A DNA stretch of 58,974 nucleotides, the filler included, from Basidiobolus meristosporus CBS 931.73 (lineage: Eukaryota; Fungi; Basidiobolomycota): the NCBI GenBank assembly GCA_002104905.1. It is 3 parts of 3 records of this genome, joined end to end, with 100 filler letters (N's around TTAATTAATTAA, not from the genome) between each part and the next. Parts side by side here need not be neighbours in the genome. Positions count along the whole stretch, not along the records: positions 45,599 to 58,974 come from MCFE01001206.1; 2 more parts are not named here. The stretch is one strand, 5' to 3'. The notes beneath the pieces are model-generated. The model was given only the letters and a program-made list of their open reading frames with translations, did no database searches and was not told the origin of the DNA. Below, piece after piece: positions 58,325 to 58,974 of this stretch; the stretch's first letter is position 1, and each line of letters opens with the position of its first letter. Made by a program: the position numbers and the translations under genes.

Positions 58325-58782
58325 GTTAGGGGGGGAGGAAAGTCACCAAGTGGTGAAATCTTTATTTACTTATGACAAGTATCTAAAGAAGCCATGTTAA
58401 TCTGAAGTAATTCCTAGAAAGCTAGGTCTGAGAGATATCTTCCTGGTAAGCCAGGTTTGAGAGTTGAGAAGCTGAGTGGTACTGTATTTCCTAGTTAGCT
58501 AGGTCTGAGAGAGGTTTCCTGGAAAGCCAGGCCTGAGAAGTGAGAATCTGAGTATATCTGAGGTGAGTTGCACTGATTTGCGGTAGCTGAATTGTGGCCG
58601 GAATGGCCAGTAGACTGGTGGAACTGAGAGGAATATCTGGGCGATCACTGGCCAAATTTACTAGGCAAATCTGGCCAATTAGCATTTCAAGGATTTCAGC
58701 CAATCAGAGCCTTTACTTTGCCTGATGGTTGATCAAGCCATCTCCCAATGAGCACACATCAATTTATTGATCAAATTTTGCT
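58325..58782 (-). mobile_element. Non-coding structured module (NC), longest and most distal copy
   Basis: Matches 53081-53502 with 36 extra nt, then directly capped by telomere. Confidence 0.85.
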
Positions 58783-58974
58783 GGGTTAGGGTTAGGGTTA
58801 GGGTTAGGGTTAGGGTTAGGGTTAGGGTTAGGGTTAGGGTTAGGGTTAGGGTTAGGGTTAGGGTTAGGGTTAGGGTTAGGGTTAGGGTTAGGGTTAGGGT
58901 TAGGGTTAGGGTTAGGGTTAGGGTTAGGGTTAGGGTTAGGGTTAGGGTTAGGGTTAGGGTTAGGGTTAGGGTTA
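58783..58974 (+). repeat. Telomere (TTAGGG)n, 32 units to the end of the window
   Basis: Uninterrupted GGGTTA repeats. Confidence 0.99.

Noticed and set aside
58325-58782. NC module as telomerase RNA or a tRNA-derived SINE
   Set aside because: The CCCUAACCC lies at the variable 3' junction, the module is multicopy and often truncated, and no B-box (GTTCRA) was seen.

Overview
Eukaryotic subtelomeric window, ending in a true (TTAGGG)32 telomere at the right end. Short GT-AG introns and the GPCR type suggest an early-diverging fungus (inference). Two 100-bp N/TTAATTAATTAA linkers (15509-15608, 45499-45598) are artificial joins, so there are three contigs. Layout: (i) 1-15.5 kb and 32.4-41.4 kb are CpG-poor decayed Copia LTR elements, CACTA/EnSpm elements and a foldback. 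(ii) 19.8-32.3 kb is a 4-unit tandem array of a near-identical secreted-protein gene with mosaic spacers. (iii) 42-52 kb holds host genes: a 7TM GPCR-like gene, a Bet v1/SRPBCC-like gene, a DJ-1/Hsp31-like gene and secreted proteins. (iv) There are two oppositely oriented arrays of telomere-attached retroelements (15971-19845 and 53058-58782). The main discovery is this multi-member telomeric retroelement system. The autonomous APE-RT LINE has ORF1 and ORF2 in frame, separated only by a UGA-CUA readthrough-type stop followed by a stem-loop, and I found no CpG over 4.3 kb of it. At least two diverged ORF1-only partners exist, reminiscent of HeT-A, plus a structured non-coding module. All members end in the same covarying double hairpin followed by C-rich/CCCTAA sequence, and all have their 5' ends pointing to the chromosome end. 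All identities and alignments were made by eye; no database searches were run.
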